NCBI GenBank assembly: GCA_036172245.1
Contig: JAYWIR010000001.1
Span: forward strand, 5,704,001 to 5,768,000
Direction: 5' to 3'
Source of the DNA: Raillietiella orientalis
Lineage: Eukaryota
Length of the DNA: 64,000 nucleotides
The notes under the pieces are model-generated. The model saw nothing but the letters and a program-made list of their open reading frames with translations. It did not search any database and was not told the DNA's origin. The translations under genes and the position numbers were made by a program. Positions 1-13,900 of the stretch are shown piece by piece (positions within the stretch are counted from its first letter, which is position 1; the number at the start of each line of letters is the position of its first letter).

Positions 1-639
1 CTACAGGCTGGAGCATCCCCCTCGATGAAGGAATCGCCCCAAAAATCGGCATGCAGGTTGCGATGCCGAATCGTGACAATGGAGGCGGAGGATTTTTGGA
101 TTCTTGGAGCAGTCCCATAACTTCACACTGACAGGACCAGCGAAGGGTCGAGGATGTGAAAATTTCAGTCCCTTCATTCTGTAACCTCCCCATTTACTCG
201 ATGAACGGAACGTGTCTGTGCGCGTCCTTGGGGTTTCCATCTCTTGAAGAACTACCCATGCCTTAGATAACCCTCCTCGGTCACCACGCTACTGCTGCTC
301 AAAGAGGATTTTTCTAAAATCAGACCCTGGAGCGTGATATCACAGAGCGGGAACGGCATACCACCGCGTTTCCACTAAGAGGCGCTTCTAGTGTTTAAGG
401 AAGCTCCCAAACACTAAAAGCGTGCCTGGAGATCATGGAATCGCCAGGACAGGCCCAGAGGAATTGGAAAGAACGCGCTTTCACTAAACAGCTCGCCGTT
501 GCTTCGCCTTAGAGAGCGAGTAGAGCGCCTTCCGACCAAGGCTTCTACAAGAGGGGACATCAGACGTCTTTCGACCTCCTACGGAAACAGTCCGCGCTTC
601 GAGCCCACCTCGGACATACCATCGCGGAAGCGCTATTCT

Positions 640-910
640 GCAACAGCGTCGCGTCATGCAAAGACATGGACTTGCATCTCGAACCACTGCAGCAGCGACG
701 CCATTCTTGCTCACTCGAGGGCGCTGTGACCTGTGTGCGCGATCCCTTTTCCTCATGAAAGGAAGGTTTCAGTTTTCGGGTCACGGCGAGTTTCTTCCTG
801 CTTTGCCCCCGACCGCACGAGTGACTGATGCCTACAATCCGCTGCCATGAAATTCACATCAAGATTGATTTCTGCGCATGAGGTGTGATGTCATGGGATT
901 CCATAATCTC
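640..910 (+). mobile_element. Possible decayed LINE APE-endonuclease remnant
   Basis: EFLPALPPTARVTDAYNPLP followed, after a frameshift, by HIKIDFC resembles L.D.wr..hP...srIDy.f. Weak, by-eye match. Confidence 0.25.
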
Positions 911-3900
911 ATGAGGAATACGGGGGAATTGACTGGGAAAGGAAAAGAGCAAGCGGACGGATGCTGAGTAAACGAAGATCCTGCTCGGGAAGAATTGGCC
1001 CAATTGCGCTGGGGGAATGAGGAGAGTAAATTGGAGGATGCGGAGATGAAACGAAAATGACGCATTTCGAGCGCGCAGAGAGAAGACCGCCTTCGCAATC
1101 CGAGGCGCTAGACGCCGGGCTTAAACCCACGAAAGCAAGACGCTGACAAGCTCCTGGCGACCTCACTTTAAATGGGTTTGTCTATCAGCTACTGCTCCTA
1201 TGAAGCGTATCAGCCCAATCCCGGAAGTAGGATTCCGGAGGGGTGCTTGAACTTCGGAGTAATTTAGCGGCAAATCGTGAAAAGAGGGAAGAAGGAGGTT
1301 TGCCTTTCAGCATGCTCCTGTCGACGGCTACCTTTCTTCAGATATGGATCCGGCGAATCCGCTCTGACTGGCGGTGACGCTTTGCATGCCTCAGGGGTTT
1401 TGTTCTTGTAGCTCTCTTAATGTTGTCTTTGTAGCAATCATCTTTATTTTTACGGTTTTTTTTCTTTTTTTTTCTTAGCTCAGAAGACAGATGCAGATGC
1501 ACTGCAACTCCACAAGTACATCTCTCCTCCAATCTCCAGAAGGTTCGCTGGCTGTTTTATAGATTCTTGCTAGGATTTCAGCTGCCACCAGTCCAGTGCT
1601 GGTTTGCCCGTGTTTGGATCTTATGCCCCAGGGCAGATTTTCAAGCAGAGGAAAGGGTGGACTCCGAACCGGAGAGAACGCAGCCTTTGTGATGGAGCAG
1701 AAGTGGATGGAGGTCGCCCACAGAGACCAGCAAGAGAACAGAGAGGAGGGGAAAATTTCGCAGACCGAAGGCGCACGTGGGACTCGGCACGGCTGCTGCT
1801 GAGACTTCTAGTGAAGAGACCGGAAGCTGACAGAACTCACGCGGGAACGAGCTGCCTTCCCAACGAGAGTGTCCCTTCTGTAGCCACGAGAAGCCATCCG
1901 TGGAGAAACCATCCCGGGCGAGGGGAAGGTATGAAGACAGTGGCCAGAACTCAGGTTTGGCGTCGACGACCCGACTGGAACCAAAGAGGGAGATGGGAGC
2001 TCGCAACCGTCAGCTGGGAGGCTGCAATGGCACGTGGTCCAGCTACGGTCGACTATGCCAGATGTCCGAAGCCGATAAGCAAGGGAGCCAAAATGAGGCG
2101 AAGTCAGCAATTTGTATGGGGGACGGAAAGGGATGGTGGAAGAGTTTCCAGTCCATAATCGGAACTCTGAGCTCTGGGAGCAGGGGAATAAAAAAGAAAA
2201 GAAAGAAAAAGAAGAAATGTGCCTGCCAAGGTTTCCGGTCAACAAAGTAGGGCAGGGCCTACTCTGCCGTATGCTCAAGGATAAACCAGGCCGAGGAAAC
2301 AGCTGGAGATTTTTAGATCTTTCGATGGCATGCATTTCGCGCTGATCTGGCACGACAGGACAGTAATGTTGCACTGTCTAAAGTCACGTAGACGAGACAC
2401 TTCCAGAGATCAGCAAAGCTCGTGGGACCTTGGATATGCGTCGTTGGTTCCAGAGATCAAAGTTTCCTAATAAAGAAGCCAGCTGGACTTACTGTGGTAG
2501 GATAAAACGCAGGGAACGAAGAAAGATAAAAATTCAGCATGCTTCCTTGGAAGCAATCAGGAGGAAAGAAAGAAAGAAAAAATTGGGTCGTGAAGGGAGG
2601 CCCAGGAAATACAGGGGAACCTTGTGGAGACCTGCATGGCTGAAGAACTGCAAGATGCGTCGTGCCCAAGCCGCAAAGTCCGGCCAGCCGTGCGCTGCCT
2701 TCTCTCACGGTTATTAAAACTTCACGAAGTGACGTCATGGACATCTGCAAAGTCCTCCTCGCCACTTGCCTCCTTCGTCCCCTTGCGTCATCCTCATCAA
2801 CCGACAGCAGCAGCAACAACAGTGCAAAACCTTCCGCATCCGCTTCCGTGTTTTCGCAGCTTCCAGAAGGTTCCCCGGGCTGGCAGCAGACGCTTGCCTG
2901 CCCCGGCGGCTTCAGGAGCCACTTGACGCCCGCGGGCTTTCTTTCCCTCCCGTGTTCCTGACCGTGGCGCAGACAAGGTCGACGCTGCCTGCCTTCTCGA
3001 TGGGCGTATCGCCCGTGACAGGCGGACACGGAGGGGCCCCCGGGGCCGTCGATTCAGTCTCCTTCGTGCACCCAATGCACCCGTGCTCGCGCATGCACGC
3101 GCTTTGCCTGCCCGGGGACGCTTGCGAGCGGACCTCTGCGCCGTTTTCGCCACATGATGCTTCGGGCGAGGAGGCGCCATGCGTGTCGATTTCGGGACCA
3201 CCAGCGCTGCTGGCTGCGCCACCCATCCGGTAGCCTCCGAGGTGCCAGGGGCTCCGCGGAATTTCGAGGACCCGCTGCTCGTCTGGGACCGGCTCTTCGA
3301 TTATCCTCCTGGGGGTCCACGGGGCCAACGGAGGGCAGCCCCTCTCGTGTATCGACGGGGCTACGGGCTGCCCGCCGCCGCATGAGGAGACTTCCTTCAC
3401 TCCACGGAAGCTGGCGACGCCTCCTGGTCTCCCTGGGCACTCAGAGAAGGTGGTCGCTAGTCGACTGCATGGAGTTTGGTTTCGCCGGGGGACGCGTGGG
3501 CGGGGTGAGTCAAGAAGATTCTGTTGAGGGATGGTTGCTTCTTGGTGGATACTGGCTGTTGCGGCTGGCAGACCTCCACGTAGAGGTTTTCCGCGTCCCT
3601 GAATGTGCCTCATGGCACCAGCGCTTGTAGGTCGTGGCGACAGCGACGCCGATGCCTCAGGAAGACCAGAAAGACAGCGAACGATCCTCGTCGCAGAGAG
3701 CAGAGTCGGTTCACCAGCGGCCGCCCTGCGCAGGGACGCGAAGGCTGGAAGCTTTGCTCGCGACTCCCCGTGTGAACGAGGCCCGCGCAACGTCCCGTTT
3801 CCCGGGCAGATCGTCCTCGGCCCGGAACGGGTCCCGATTTCGTCCCGCGGACCTGGTTCTCAGCCTCGCCGGCGGAATCCCCCTCCGCGAGGAGCACTGG

Positions 3901-4299
3901 AGAGCTAGCAGGCTCTCCCTTTGTACGAAACTCCTCCTCAGTGAAGGGACGCTGGCAGCAGGAATACCAGCGATCAACCCCTGAAATCTCAATGCCATTC
4001 CCGGTAATTGCATTTTCCGTATTCCGTGTCACACGTGCTCCGCGCGCTTTTATTCCGTTCCCTTCGAGAGCTGCTCCTATGCATCTGCAGCATCCATGAT
4101 CAAATCAGAGGAGCGCGCACTGGGGAGATCCTCGCGCCCCGCCGAAATTAGGAGCATCGGAGGGCCGCTCGAAGGACAGTTTATCCCGACTCGGGATTCG
4201 AAATTCCCTTCCTCGTGGCCTTCAGAGGGGGAGAAAGTCTTGGGCGCTCTGAAGGCTGCCGAAGAAACTGCACTCCGGTCGCAGTTTTCTGATGCACCG

Positions 4300-4580
4300 G
4301 AACCTCCCCTGGAGAGAGGAGCACCGCCGCGCCTCGGCCGGGCGAGCGACCAAGGAGTGCATCCGCTGCGGGATAGTGGCAACCCTGCCTCCCCGTCGCT
4401 CCCGAGATGCGAAGGGACTGCCGTGGCAGGAGGGCAACAGGGGGTCACTGAGTCACTCCGGACCCTTCCTTATGCTGCCTCCCAGGGACCTCCAGAAAGG
4501 GAGCTCCCCCGCCCTTCCAGGGTTGCCAGTCGCCGGCGATTCTCCGTTGTGCGCGAGCGAAGGTAGTCGCCAAACTGGAA
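4300..4580 (+). mobile_element. LINE ORF1-like repeat (family E), copy 1
   Basis: Clear nucleotide similarity to the reverse complement of 52990-53250 (e.g. GTGGCAACCCTGCCTCCCCGTCGCTCC and GCTGCCTCCCAGGGACCTCC). Carries a CX2C remnant, ECIRCG. Confidence 0.6.
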
Positions 4581-5639
4581 GGAGGGTGCGGCCACCTCTT
4601 GCGACGGGCAACGAAGTGGTCCAGTCCGGGATGTGAGGTGGGCGGAGACCTCGGTCGATTCCCACCTGACCCGGCACCCGTGAATGCATCCACCCAGTAT
4701 TTTTCCCCCATACCTTCCTTTCCCGAGCTGGGCGCTCTGGAATCACGTCCACCAGCATGAGACCGATCCACTCCATTCCTTATCCACGGATTGCCACTCT
4801 CTCCCCTCTTGCTTAGCTCTGTGCGCAGCGGGTGACCACCTTGGGTTCTGACGGGCACTCGGCGTTCCTTCTGTGACCTCATGAGATGAGGCCTTTCGCG
4901 TTGAGTGAGTGGCACGTCAGTGCGTGACGAAAAGGATCAGATCCTGCTCCCTCACTCTTCCCCTTCCCCTCCACGGATGCATGTTTCCTGGGCCGAGCAC
5001 TTCCGCATTTTCCGTTCCCTCCCTGCGCATCCACGCCGGCCGATTGCCCAGTCTCCCGGAGGTTTTCCTCCTTGGCCCGCTGCCGCGCCCTCGGGTGGGC
5101 GGGAGCGGGAAGTGACCTCCTTCCCTCTCTTCGCGCACACGGGGCACGAAGCGAGACTTCCCCCGCGAGGAAGGAGGGAAGAGAGAACCAGCGAAGGGCC
5201 GAGCGCAGATCGAGGCCTTTGGGATCGACACTAGCATCCTGGAGACGCGAATGCGAGGAGAGCGACGACGCGGGAGCGTGAGAGTGGGGGCAGGACGGAG
5301 CTTCCAAGGCGACGGAGCACCAGGGCAGCAGGGAGAGCTAGCCGAAGACGCGTGCCCGGCTGTCGTGACTCTTTGGACGCTAAAGCGGAAAAGGGACGAA
5401 GACGATTTTGCAGTTATCTCGCGGGAACGTACGCATCCTCTCTCCCCTCGCATGAAATGCAGATCCTGGCGTTTGGCTGCGCTCCCCAGTGCCTAACCAA
5501 AGAGCTCGCGAATGTTAACTGCAGGGCTCCGCGATGCTGACTACAGGGCCCGGACATGCTCACCCCTTTCGAACGGCACTTGGATCCTCCTCAGGTGGAC
5601 AAGCGAAAAGATATTCATCCTCCTGAGGATGTCGAATTC

Positions 5640-6110
5640 GGTCCCAGCATATCCTCTATAGATGGTGCGCCCCCGCGACCTGCGCAAAAAAAGTCCATTT
5701 TCACAACCGGAGGGATAACCCCGGACAGTCTTCGGAGGACATCCGATTTGTGGTATTGACGGAAGCCTTGAGGTCAGCCAATGTTATCCTGGCGGGGGGA
5801 GGGGAATCACAACCGCGACTCACCTCCCCCCCCCACTCTCGACGTCGACCTTTCCCCAGGCGGGATTCGAACTCGCGACACTTCGCACTACTCGTGTACT
5901 GCGCTGCAGCCGAACAGCCGCCAACGCGGATGTGTGGCTGCGGTCTCGCGCGCGATGGGATCGGCGCTGAGCGTCGTCCGCCCGGTGCACCTTGCGCACC
6001 CAGCAGACGCATCGCGGGTCACAAAGGTCAGCTGTGCTCGCTCTCTGAGCCAGCGAGCCAATACGAGGACTACCACATGAGGAGCCACCGGGAGTTCTTC
6101 CCGGCAAGCT
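5640..6110 (+). mobile_element. LINE ORF1-like repeat (family C), partial copy
   Basis: Shares SIFTT, EALRSANVIL, DLSPGGIRTRD and HPAD motifs with copies at 38450-39470, 46190-47100 and 56600-57370. Confidence 0.55.
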
Positions 6111-6280
6111 GACCGCCATGGAAAAAAAAAAAAAAAAAACAACGAACTCTGTAGAGGACTCCTGGAACTTTCCAAAGGGCCGATTCCTCCCGGAGTCCGA
6201 GAAGACCCGTGGGTCCCTCCAAGATGGCTTTTCCGGCGCGGTCGAACCGGGATTTACGGACGCTGCGCGTCAGGATATAC

Positions 6281-7150
6281 CACCCGGTCAAGCAGGGGCG
6301 TATATTGAAACCAATAACCTGGCAACTTTGGGGTGATGGAACACGTAGCCCCGCCTTCCCATCCCACCGACTTTCCAATCGACCTGCCAAGTCGCCGGTA
6401 CGCAGATCGGCGGGGAACACCTCAGAAGCGGAGGGGGAGGAGAGGAGAGAAAACAAAAGGAAAAATAAAAGAATAAATAAAGATAAATAGGAACAATCTG
6501 GAGGGCCGGGAGAGGATTATAGTCCACTGGAGAGAGTCTATATCCTTTCTAGGATGCAGACTCCCTCCCTCTAGGTCCATCCGAATAGGTTCCAGGTGGC
6601 CCCATCTGACCGCTATTCGCAGAAAGCAAACTGCGAACTGGACAGCGTTACTCTCGTTCCTCCCTCCTCCGTTGGCTTTGCTCCTCGCCGCCACAATCCC
6701 GCGGATGCAGCAGAGCGATGCTGGGGCTGCGGCTGGCTGCAGGGCATGTGGCACAAAGAGGAGCCGCAAAACGTCCCTGGGGGAGAGGGGATGCCAACTG
6801 CGATCCGGAGGGTCATCCCAAAACATTCCCCCCATAAGGGCTGGAGAACAACACAGTCCACGAGGTGGTGCAGGAGGGATTCCCGTTCCTCGCACCTGCG
6901 ACAGTCCAGGCTCGCCCTTCCCAGCGTCCAGTGGTGTCGGCGCGTGTTGCAGGGGAAGCCCCAGTGCGATTTGTCAGAAGTGCCGTCTTATGCCACTCCG
7001 GGAGAAGGGCTCTGCTGTCCACAAATACCTGGAGCCACCCCGGGTCTCCTCCAGGAACACCGAGCAGCTCGCTCCAGCGCTGTAGTCCTCTCAGAAGGAC
7101 AATTGGGGTAGCAGCATGCGCCAGCTGCCCCATGGTCCAACCACTCATCA
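6281..7150 (-). mobile_element. L1/Tx1-like LINE 3' fragment (ORF2 zf-RVT, 3'UTR, terminal hairpin)
   Basis: Minus strand encodes DCRRCEERESLLHHLVDCVVLQPLW (C-x2-C-x7-H-x4-C at 6853-6903), then the family C-terminus PAAAPASLCCIRGIV...FLRIAVRWGHLEPIRMDL. T-rich UTR follows, with the terminus at 6281. Confidence 0.85.
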
Positions 7151-8459
7151 TCTTCTGTCTGTTTGCGATCTTACGGGAGACTTCCCACCTCGGCGCCGTT
7201 AGAAGGAGGCGTGATGGATGCTCCGCCTGTCCTCGAGGAGGGAGAGGCGCGGAGGCGGAGCGTCTCTCGACTCCGCCGTCGAGCAGTTCCAGGATGAGCA
7301 GCGAGGGGGGTCTCCGTGCATAGACCGCCGCTAAGCGGCAGCTCCTGGTGGGTGCAAAAGCGGGCAGCGCGAGATCCAGGACGAGCGGGCGCTGGGAACA
7401 GAGGAGGAAGCCGCTAAATCCCAGAAAGTCATTAGAATGGTTTTCCCGGAGATACCAGCTAGCTCGACCTTCCGCGGAAGGGAACCAGAAGCCGGAGGAG
7501 ACTCCACCTTCCCTCCTCTTCCGCGACGAAAAACGGCCCCCTACCAGTCGCTGCGTGGGAACAGGTGGGGCTGCCGGAAGGAAGACGGGGCAGATGGCGC
7601 GCGATCGCCTGGCGACGCGAAGTCCGGAGAGGATCGCGAAGTAGGAGCCCGGACGAATGACCGGCGCCTCCGTGAGCGCGAGCCCTCGCCCTCGTTCCGT
7701 CCGGTCGCGAAGTCGCTTCCTTCGGAGATCGCGAGTTACGACCTCGGCGCGCGAGTACCGCTAATCCCGATTGAAAGTGATGGGAGGTTTTTTTTTAGCG
7801 TGTGTGGCCGGTCGGGGATGCCGCGATGCAATTCGTCAGGAAGGGGCAGATCTCCCATCGCCTTCCTCTTACAGAGCGCGGGGGAGGGGAAGGGAAGCTG
7901 CAGCGGCATTTTTCCTCAGGCGCAAACGAAGAAGATGCCTGCTGCGCGCCGATTCGCTCCGACGCCGAAGAGAAACGCCGCCGCAGCATCCATTAGCACA
8001 AAGTGGCCGTCCGCTGCCGGAATGATAAATCGGAATTAGCAGGAGAAGAGGGCGAGAAGTATGAGATGAAAGCAGGCTGCAGCGTCTCGCCGCCGCACGC
8101 ACACTCGCTTAAGTTTCTGGCAAATCCAGAAGCGTCAGGAAACTTCCTCTCTTTTTTTCCCTTTTGTGCCGGTCCCCTCAAGAACGATTCGGATGCTGGG
8201 ACGGACGTGGCGACGGCTTCCCGAGGCCCGTGTGTCCATCTTCCGCTGCGTCCATTCGGACACCAGCGGTGACTCCTCGGAGGCGGAACGCTTCGAACAT
8301 CTCCCAAAGTGTCCGTTCGCTACGGAGGGGGACATCCCAAGACAACCGGCTGGAGACGCCTTTTGAGTACTCGCGGAGGACCTGGTGGTCCGATCCTGAA
8401 ACTCGAACGTCCGGACGCGGCCGACTGGTCTCGTCTCTGAGCAAAGAGCCATCAGTCAA

Positions 8460-11078
8460 CCAGAGGTTCGTCAAGTGTCTCAAGAGCCGTCGCGCGCCTG
8501 GCGGCTCATGCAGCTCTTCAACGCTATCCATGCCACCCAAGGGTGCGTGTGATTCTTAATGGGAGACCCACCCACCTTGGTTGTCTCCGGAGGGATCCCC
8601 GAAAGGGTCCTCCCCATTTTTTCTTTTCTGAAGGGGACACGGAAATGATTCACTATTAGAAATTTCTTTTCCTGAAAGATTCCCTGCAAGGAAACCACTC
8701 CTGGTTTCCTCCTTTAAAGAGAACCCTGAAGAGATGCTCTGAAATTTCTCAGAAGGGTGCTCCCCGAAAAGAGTGGTGCGCTTCTTTGCGCACTGGAGAG
8801 GCATCATCAATTCACCAGCTCCATGCTACATGGCGGAGGGTCTCCCCCTAGAGTGAGATCCGCTCATTCTCACAACAGGAAAGAAACTCTTTCAGCTCCT
8901 TGATTCTTTTTTTTTGAACTCGGAAGTCCCAATCTCGGCCACACATCGGGGGCATCCGGTTTTAACGGCTACCGGTGCACCGCGCCCGAATATAAACCAA
9001 ACAGCGTCATATTGAGGGAGGAATTCGAAACCCACGGCGGATCCCCATTCCTCTGGCGTCGATTCTTTCCGAGTATTCGAACCTGCTACGCTTGGTTCCG
9101 CGCGCCGAGACCGCAACCACGTGGCCTCCGACGCGGGCACCAGAGGATGCTTGATCGTTAAGCAGAAGTTTGCAGGAGATTCAGATGTTTCTCTTCCGCG
9201 TGTCCCTCGCCTACAGGAACCCCCCACTAACCGCTGCGTGGGCGCTGCATGCGCATCCGAAGAGCGGCGTAGACCAGAGCGTGGCCTGCATGCTCGTTCG
9301 AATAAGGCGGTCACTAAGTTCGAGGGAGAGGAAGGCACTTGAGCGGGGCAGGAGGTTGATAAACCCGAGGAAGCTTCCCGCTCAAGAGGGACTCATCGTC
9401 ATCACTTTGGTCGGTTCCAGTGGTCAAGGACGTTCCCTGTGGATACCACAGCTCCCGGTTGTGTCGGGCCGGAAGTCCATGACCCTCTCTGGGTATCCGC
9501 TCTTCCTTCGCGTCCATTCGCGGTGTCCTTCCCTTTAACCACTCTAATACGTCTTCTGGCACTCCCTCCGCGGCACCTCACATCCTTTAGGGACCCATTT
9601 GTGCTTCACCAGCCTTCTGGTAGAATCTCATGCCTGGGGCAGCAGTAGGTTCGGTCGGGGTCCTCTTGCGACTGCACGAGAAGTCTGGATTTCTTGAACC
9701 CCACGTAGCTCGCGAGAGAAACCGACAGATCAGTGAGGAACCAGCATCCTCAGAGATCAAAAGAACGCGGAGGGCAAGGCAGCTCAGTCTCCCTGCTTCT
9801 TGACGTGAAGGGAAAAACTCATCCCTATCGGCGCGTGACGCGGGTGCTCCTGACGATGGCCCCGATACAAAGCAGCCAGACGTCCAGAACTGTCTAACGA
9901 ATCGCTCCGTTCGAGCATCCGGCTTTCGATTCAGTCCCCCAGCTTCCTTTGTGGGCTGCTAGAAGGGTGCCGAATAGTGCATCTTAGCTTCCGGACAACG
10001 GTAACTGGTTGAGAAGGCTCCGAGACGTCCTGTGACCGTCTTTAAATAGATCCTCACCGAACACTCTACCATCAGAACCACCGTGTCCTCTCCTGAAGCA
10101 CCGATGAGACCAACTTGATGGTCCATTGCCATGGAAACGGAACGTTTCTTTCCAGGGGTGCTTTGCATTCCCTGAATGCAAATGCCTTCCTCTAGCTGCT
10201 AACAACGATCCAGAGCGGCGGTTGATTCCTTCCAGCATTCCAACGGTCCATTAGGATCTCGACACATCCTGAATCCACAAAGAAGCCTTTGTCTGTCTCA
10301 GTTGCGGACAAACAAAATGTGCAAGCTACTGCAGCCGTGCACTATGAACTTGCATCTCCGAGTGATCTACAGTTTACCACTGAGAAGGTCGAAGAAGGAA
10401 GAAACTTCACACACAAGTGGCAGGCGATCCTGTTGTTGCATTGGGACCTCCCGTGCAATGCCCGCCGACGTCACTGGACCCGGGGGAGGGAGTGCAAGCC
10501 TCAATTGCAGCAGGTACGGAGAAAGAGTTCATCCCGCACCTGTCCATGAATTGTGTTGCCCTCATCTCCCTGTGGGGACGCTTTGCCGTGTCCCTGCGGA
10601 ACTTCGGGGGCAACCCCAGAGACGTTCTGCAGCGCCCCTTCCTGCGCGACGCCCTCACGCCGGCGTGCCGCATCCCTAGCAGCACTGTGCTGCCTATGCA
10701 GGGTCGTGACTGCATGGACCAAAGCCAGGGGAGGCCAGAACGATAGGGAAACCATCCACTTTGCGGTCCTCATCTTGAGAATAGCGTCAAGATAGTTCTA
10801 TCTGAGAATCTTGAAATAGGAACTTGCTGGCATCCTGCTAAGGATGCAGTGGACTCCCTCCAGCAACCAGTGATCCCTTCGCGATCCCTCCCAATATTTT
10901 TTTGTATATATTTTTTGTTTTATTTTTTTTGTCCCCCCACTCCTGCCCTCTGCTGCTGAGCCGAACCTCGCCGGCCCCTGACAGGTTCCTTTTTGTACAT
11001 TTGTAACGTGGCAGCGTCCTGACACTGACTTGTAAGTTTATTTCATTTAAATAAATGCCCCAGCGCAACCGGATGTCA
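8460..11078 (+). mobile_element. Decayed, internally deleted L1/Tx1-like LINE (ORF1 > EN > RT > zf-RVT > 3' end)
   Basis: Remnants in collinear order: family C ORF1 sequence (8460-8890), EN-like GTRGCLIVKQKF (9136-9171), RT-like VSLLLDVK (~9787), AFDSVPQLPLWAA (9922-9960), KRNVSFQGC (to 10161), zf-RVT region LLLHWDLPCNARRRHW...PHLSMNCVALISLW (10430-10575), ELAGILLRMQWTPSS, and terminus AATAAATGCCCCAGCGCAACCGGATG at 11050-11075. Confidence 0.75.
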
Positions 11079-12487
11079 ACATACACAAAATGCCAAGCTT
11101 CGGGAATCGATCTCATCTATTTGATGGTTGCTGCACTAATACGTCATAAATACTTATTGCAACTGATCCTCGCAATGATTCTGCGTCGTCACTGTTTTTG
11201 ATTCACCACGGTGCCTCCTATGGAGTTCTGGAAACAGATGGACGAACGTAACGCGGACTGAGGCCACTTTCGATCCTGCTATCATCTTGCACATGGAGTT
11301 ATCCGTTAGAGATGGCGGTGTGGTTGTTTGCACGCACCAGGCTCCCCTTCCCCTCACTGCCACCCATTCGAAAGCTTCCGCTTCCGTTCTCTGGAAGAAG
11401 GCACGTCCCTGAGAAGGGAGGCCGGCGCTGCGGCTCCACGATGCTCGCAAGACCACTCGCTCATACCTCGGTCTGGATGGATACGCTCGCGGAGGAACAC
11501 ATCCGTGAGCGGAGAGCAGCCTGGGCAGTCCCGAGACGAGCAAAGCTTTGCTGAACCGAAGATCGAAATGCTCGAGTTCCCTGTGAGGTTCACAAAAAAG
11601 GAGGAGGACCAGGAAACAGATTTCCCGATCCGCTCCAGCAAGAGCTCTCATTAAGCAGTGCCGCCGCAACATCGATCTTCACGGACTCATCTCGAAGGGC
11701 ACGGAGGAGCGTCTGGAGGCTTCATCCACACGTCATGACTTTCTTAGGTCATCTCTGAAACGACTTTTTCGTCCACGGGATCGCCGAGAAGTGGACATGG
11801 CCTAAGCCGACAAGTGCCAACTTCTTCTTCCGTCGTTACTCAAGTCCGGCAAGGAAACCACGTGAGTTCCTTCCCGCCCGAAAACTTCCTCCCTGCTTCC
11901 GGAACCCAACGAGTCTGTGGGACCGACAGCCATCGCTTAGCACTTCTGACAGTGCATCCGAGGAAGAGGCGAACCCGAATGCTTCTTGACGCCGGCATTC
12001 GGAACACTGAAGTGCTTTCGATACTCAGATAGGGAGACCGTCCGATAAACACCCACAGCATGAATGACGTTTCGTTGTTTTTCCTTACCGCTCGGTGATG
12101 GCGGATTTTTTGATTTCGCATCCCACTGGATTGGGTCGCTGCGGCTTCCTGAATTCTTCGGATGACATGCGGCGGAATTCGAGAAAGGGTGACTGACCGC
12201 GACGGCTGCAGCAGTTAAAGCTTCAGGTTTCCCAGCTCTGATCGCTCTTGCTGCATCTTTATTCGCGTGAGGAGGGCAGGAGATACGCTCCAGTTCAGGT
12301 GCGGAGGTCCCTGCGACCCCCTCGGCCTCCTAGTGGTTGCCTGGAGACCCGAACACGGTGGCTGCGTCCCAACGCGTCTCAGTCTTGAAGCCTTCCATTT
12401 GATATGCAGCGAGATCCTCCGAACAGCTTCCGCCGGCATAAGCGACCGTCCTATCACTCGTCAATGCGTCTAGCGACCGTGGATTGT

Positions 12488-13900
12488 CACCCAGGTGCTG
12501 CGGGGCGTTGATAATCTCTGTTGCTGGACCGGTGGTCCAACCACGTCCATTTTACCGAGAGCCGCACCGGTGAGTTCCGCTACGGCGGCAGAGGGGAGGG
12601 GCAAGCAAAAAAGAAAAACAAAAAAAAAGAAAAAGAAGAAGATAAATTTTGAGAGGAGGTGGGAGAAGGGGGTGCGGAAAGGAGTCACGTTCGGCTGGCG
12701 ACGGTCCCCGGCATCCTTTGGAGGATGCCGGCAAGCTCTTGGTGCAGTCCCTGCCCTGCGATCTTCTGCCGTTGCAGCTTGGTGCGGGGCCGCGCGGATA
12801 TGCCGCGGGTCGCTGCACGAAGTCCCTCGAACCTCTTTGGAAGAGGGTGGCCTCATCTCCACTCTCTTCCGAACGGGGTCTCTCTTCCCAGCGACCCCAG
12901 CATTCTCATCCAAACAGACGGACGCCCTCTTCGTGCACCCGCCGATCCAGAACGGAGCTCTTCCTGCGCTGCAGCGCTGGCACGAAGGCCGCTCCTCCCA
13001 TCCCACTGAGTGAAGAGAAGACCTCCTGAGACGTAGGGAGGCGGGAGCGCGATGGCGATGCGCTGGGTGGAAGGTGCGCTCCCGCGGAGGAAGGTTCGGA
13101 CCTCTCGCCTCGCATTCCCCCAGGCGCCATCGACCCGCCGCCAGGGAGAGGGCAGGGCAAATGCGGATCGAGGAGAGGCGGCTGAAACCGGCATAGCCTG
13201 GGAAAGAAGGCACACGCCTTCTTTCCCAGGAAACTCCCACCTCCCACGCACGCGCGCTCTCTTCTCGTGCGGCGCTGCAGGCAGACCCCGGTGGAGGAGA
13301 GGCCCACATGTGAGGGGATCGACGGACTATCGCAGTTGGCTGGCTGGATGCAGGGGCTCAGCTTCCAAAGACTAGGCGCCACCTTGTCTTTTGGTCGCTG
13401 GGACGCGGAGTTGCCCGGAGGTCATGCAGTTCTGAGGGGGAGAGGAAGATAGCATCCCGCCGCAGATCGAAAATCGCGCACGGAGACGGGCCATTTCCTC
13501 CAAGTTCCCGGACAGCGACCTCGGTGAGCCCCTAACGACCCGCTCTCTTCCTCCCAAACCCGAAGTCCCCGAGGATCAACGCGGTGCGGGCGAGCTCCAA
13601 GAGCACGTTGGATTCCACGGGAAGAAGCGCCGGTAAACCGAGCGTGAGCGTTCGAGAAGACGCGCCCATCCTTGTTGACGGCACCGCCTCCGGGAGCGAG
13701 GCGACACCTCGGACTTCCGCGACACCTTCTCGTACGGGGCGCTGCGCGCGTCCACGTGCCCGCGAGCACAGGAAACCCTCACGGGATGCACCGAAAAGAA
13801 AAATGGGGGAGGACCGCGTCTTCGCATTGGCCCCGATCCCTGCAAACAGACCCACACCTCCCCAGCTGCCGCTCCTGGATATGTACGAAAGCCCAGCGGC
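12488..13900 (-). mobile_element. L1/Tx1-like LINE 3' end (subfamily B) with adjacent ORF1-like sequence
   Basis: Terminus CAACGCCCCGCAGCACCTGGGTG at 12488, T-rich UTR, and ORF2 end ELAGILQRMPGTVASRT* (~12690-12740). The 13400-13700 stretch weakly resembles family D ORF1, so the upstream extent is uncertain. Confidence 0.6.
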
